DNA of 16,884 nucleotides, from positions 1 through 16,884 of the forward strand of contig JBBILZ010000052.1 of assembly GCA_037444665.1 (NCBI GenBank), given 5' to 3'. Source of the DNA: a candidate division WOR-3 bacterium. GTDB taxonomy: Bacteria; Hydrothermota; Tepidihabitantia; SM23-42; JAOAFX01. The notes beneath the pieces are model-generated. The model saw only the letters and a list, made by a program, of their open reading frames with translations, searched no databases and was not told the DNA's origin. Each line of letters opens with the position of its first letter. The first letter of the stretch is position 1. Of this stretch, positions 15,808 to 16,884 are shown piece after piece. Made by a program: the position numbers and the translations under genes.

Positions 15808-15945
15808 TCCGAACTATACCTAACGGCTAAAACCAGCCTGCTATTCGGTCATTCAAGACCAAGGTATCTGTTCGGAGTGGCTGGGCCGCCTAATCTTTGA
15901 AAGAATCATTTTATGATTAAGGGAGAGAAGAGGCTTACCCAGCCA
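15808..15945 (-). ncRNA. Candidate bridge RNA / seekRNA of the IS110 element
   Basis: Domain 1: stem TGGCTGGG/CCCAGCCA, stem GCCT/AGGC, a 12x12-nt internal loop and hairpin AATCAT-AAA-ATGATT. Domain 2: stems TCCGAAC/GTTCGGA and ATACCT/AGGTAT enclosing hairpins GGTC/GACC and GGCT/AGCC. It sits directly downstream of an IS110 recombinase gene. Confidence 0.62.
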
Positions 15946-16600
15946 TTCTTCTTTTTGTCATACAACTAACATAATCCATTTGCCACTGCAACATCTGATA
16001 AACGATCGTAGCAATCTTTCGTGCTAAAGCCACCCTGGCTACACCCATCCCTTTATTCTTTACAATCCGGCGATAATAAAGCCGTAATACCGAATCCAAA
16101 TCCTGAGATTTAACCGCTGCCGTCGCTACCTCTATATAAGCATACTTCGAATACACATTTGCCTGCTTGCAAAGATGCCCATTCCAATATTTACCCCCAC
16201 TTCCGTATGTCCGAGGCACTAACCCCGCATAGGCAACATAACGCTTAGCAGAAGGAAACCGCTCAATCGGACCTGTCTCGTAAAGAATCGTCAACGCCCA
16301 AATCTTACCCACACCAGGCACCGTCAAAAGCCTTTGTGCCTCCCCAGACAAAACTACCTGCTCTTGAATCCTCTTATCCCAATCATTAATCTGAACCGTC
16401 AAAGCATCAATAATCGTAAGAAAATTCTTTATGATTGCATCATAAGGCATACCCAATGATACCCCCGCTAAAAACTCACGGCCAGACCCACCCCAGATAT
16501 TAGTATAAGGAAAAGTAATATTGAACTTTCCCAGAATACTCCGAATAATGTTCTTACAAACCACCCGCATCCTTACTAATCTGGCACGAACGCGAAACAT
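15935..16600 (-). pseudogene. IS110-family transposase/recombinase, C-terminal fragment (coiled-coil plus Transposase_20 domain); the N-terminal RuvC-like DEDD domain is missing
   Basis: Motifs R..LVRMR...KN.I.SIL, LLTVPGVG, ETGPIERFPSAK, YAGLVP..YGSGG (catalytic Ser) and VARVALARK. Only 221 aa remain, and the upstream DNA belongs to another element. Confidence 0.88.
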
Positions 16601-16634
16601 ATTGTCGTATCAATAGACATCCTCCTAATGATTA

Positions 16635-16662
16635 TTGACAGCTTTGGCTATAAAGATATAAT
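16635..16662 (+). promoter_or_regulatory. Consensus promoter inside the second IS
   Basis: TTGACA (16635-16640), N16, TATAAT (16657-16662), followed by SD GGAGG (16673-16677). Confidence 0.75.
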
Positions 16663-16682
16663 TACAATGATTGGAGGTTCTC

Positions 16683-16884
16683 TTGAAAAACAAATGGATA
16701 AAATGGATGTTTAAGAAGATTGAAGAAGCAAAAAAGAGATACGAGCATCTTGAAAAACGAAAAATTAAGAGGGAGTTGCTTAAGAAGCATCGCGCTGATA
16801 TTGAAAGAAGGTTAGCATGGATTAACTACTATTATAAATTGTTAGACCAAGGGAATAAGGCAGCCAAGACGATGGTCTGCAATA
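16683..16884 (+). CDS. Partial ORF running off the window; probable N-terminus of an HTH-containing transposase (IS481-like)
   Basis: TTG start after GGAGG; translates MKNKWIKWMFKKIEEAKKRYEHLEKRKIKRELLKKHRADIERRLAWINYYYKLLDQGNKAAKTMVCN with no stop. The RRL.W..YY......N....C pattern resembles the lead-in to transposase HTH domains. Not in the supplied ORF track. Confidence 0.6.
   Translation, partial: MKNKWIKWMFKKIEEAKKRYEHLEKRKIKRELLKKHRADIERRLAWINYYYKLLDQGNKAAKTMVCN

Larger units (their letters stand above)
15737..16602 (-). mobile_element. Right portion of an IS110-family element (IS1111-like layout with a long downstream non-coding end); left part displaced or lost
   Basis: A transposase C-terminal fragment, a structured downstream region of about 190 nt, and an outward-facing TTGACA (15758-15753) near the presumed right end. 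The end position is approximate (15737-15745). Confidence 0.7.
16603..16884 (+). mobile_element. Left end of a probable IS481-type insertion sequence inserted in the IS110 transposase gene
   Basis: Begins TGTCGTATCAATAGACA... (a 5'-TGT terminus) exactly where IS110 homology stops. It carries its own promoter, an SD sequence and a transposase-like ORF start. Confidence 0.55.

Noticed and set aside
16667..16714. Leaderless 15-codon ORF (MIGGSLEKQMDKMDV) after the IS promoter
   Set aside because: The ATG is only 4 nt from the -10 box, and the SD-led TTG ORF at 16683 explains the region better.

Overview
AT-rich bacterial chromosomal window, probably from an anaerobic, diderm FCB-related lineage (WOR-3-like; inferred from T9SS/PorV-type genes and protein style, not verified). 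From left to right it contains: (1) a metH-metF-like pair, with a B12 methionine synthase lacking the AdoMet reactivation domain, divergent from murJ; (2) a tightly coupled minus-strand operon of tRNA-Ala(CGC), pyruvoyl arginine decarboxylase, an outer-membrane beta-barrel, a 5'-nucleotidase-family protein with altered metal ligands, a DNase I-like EEP nuclease with a T9SS CTD, and a PorV-like barrel; (3) a LUD-domain gene; (4) a pair encoding a COG2403 ATPase (likely arginine synthetase ArcE-type) and pyruvate phosphate dikinase; (5) nested IS elements at the right end. There, an N-terminally truncated IS110-family recombinase is followed by a bridge/seekRNA-like structured RNA, and is interrupted by a probable IS481-type element. 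Two patterns recur across the window: six near-consensus promoters all have a 16-bp spacer (three predict leaderless mRNAs), and three envelope proteins have very short, uncharged N-terminal export signals.
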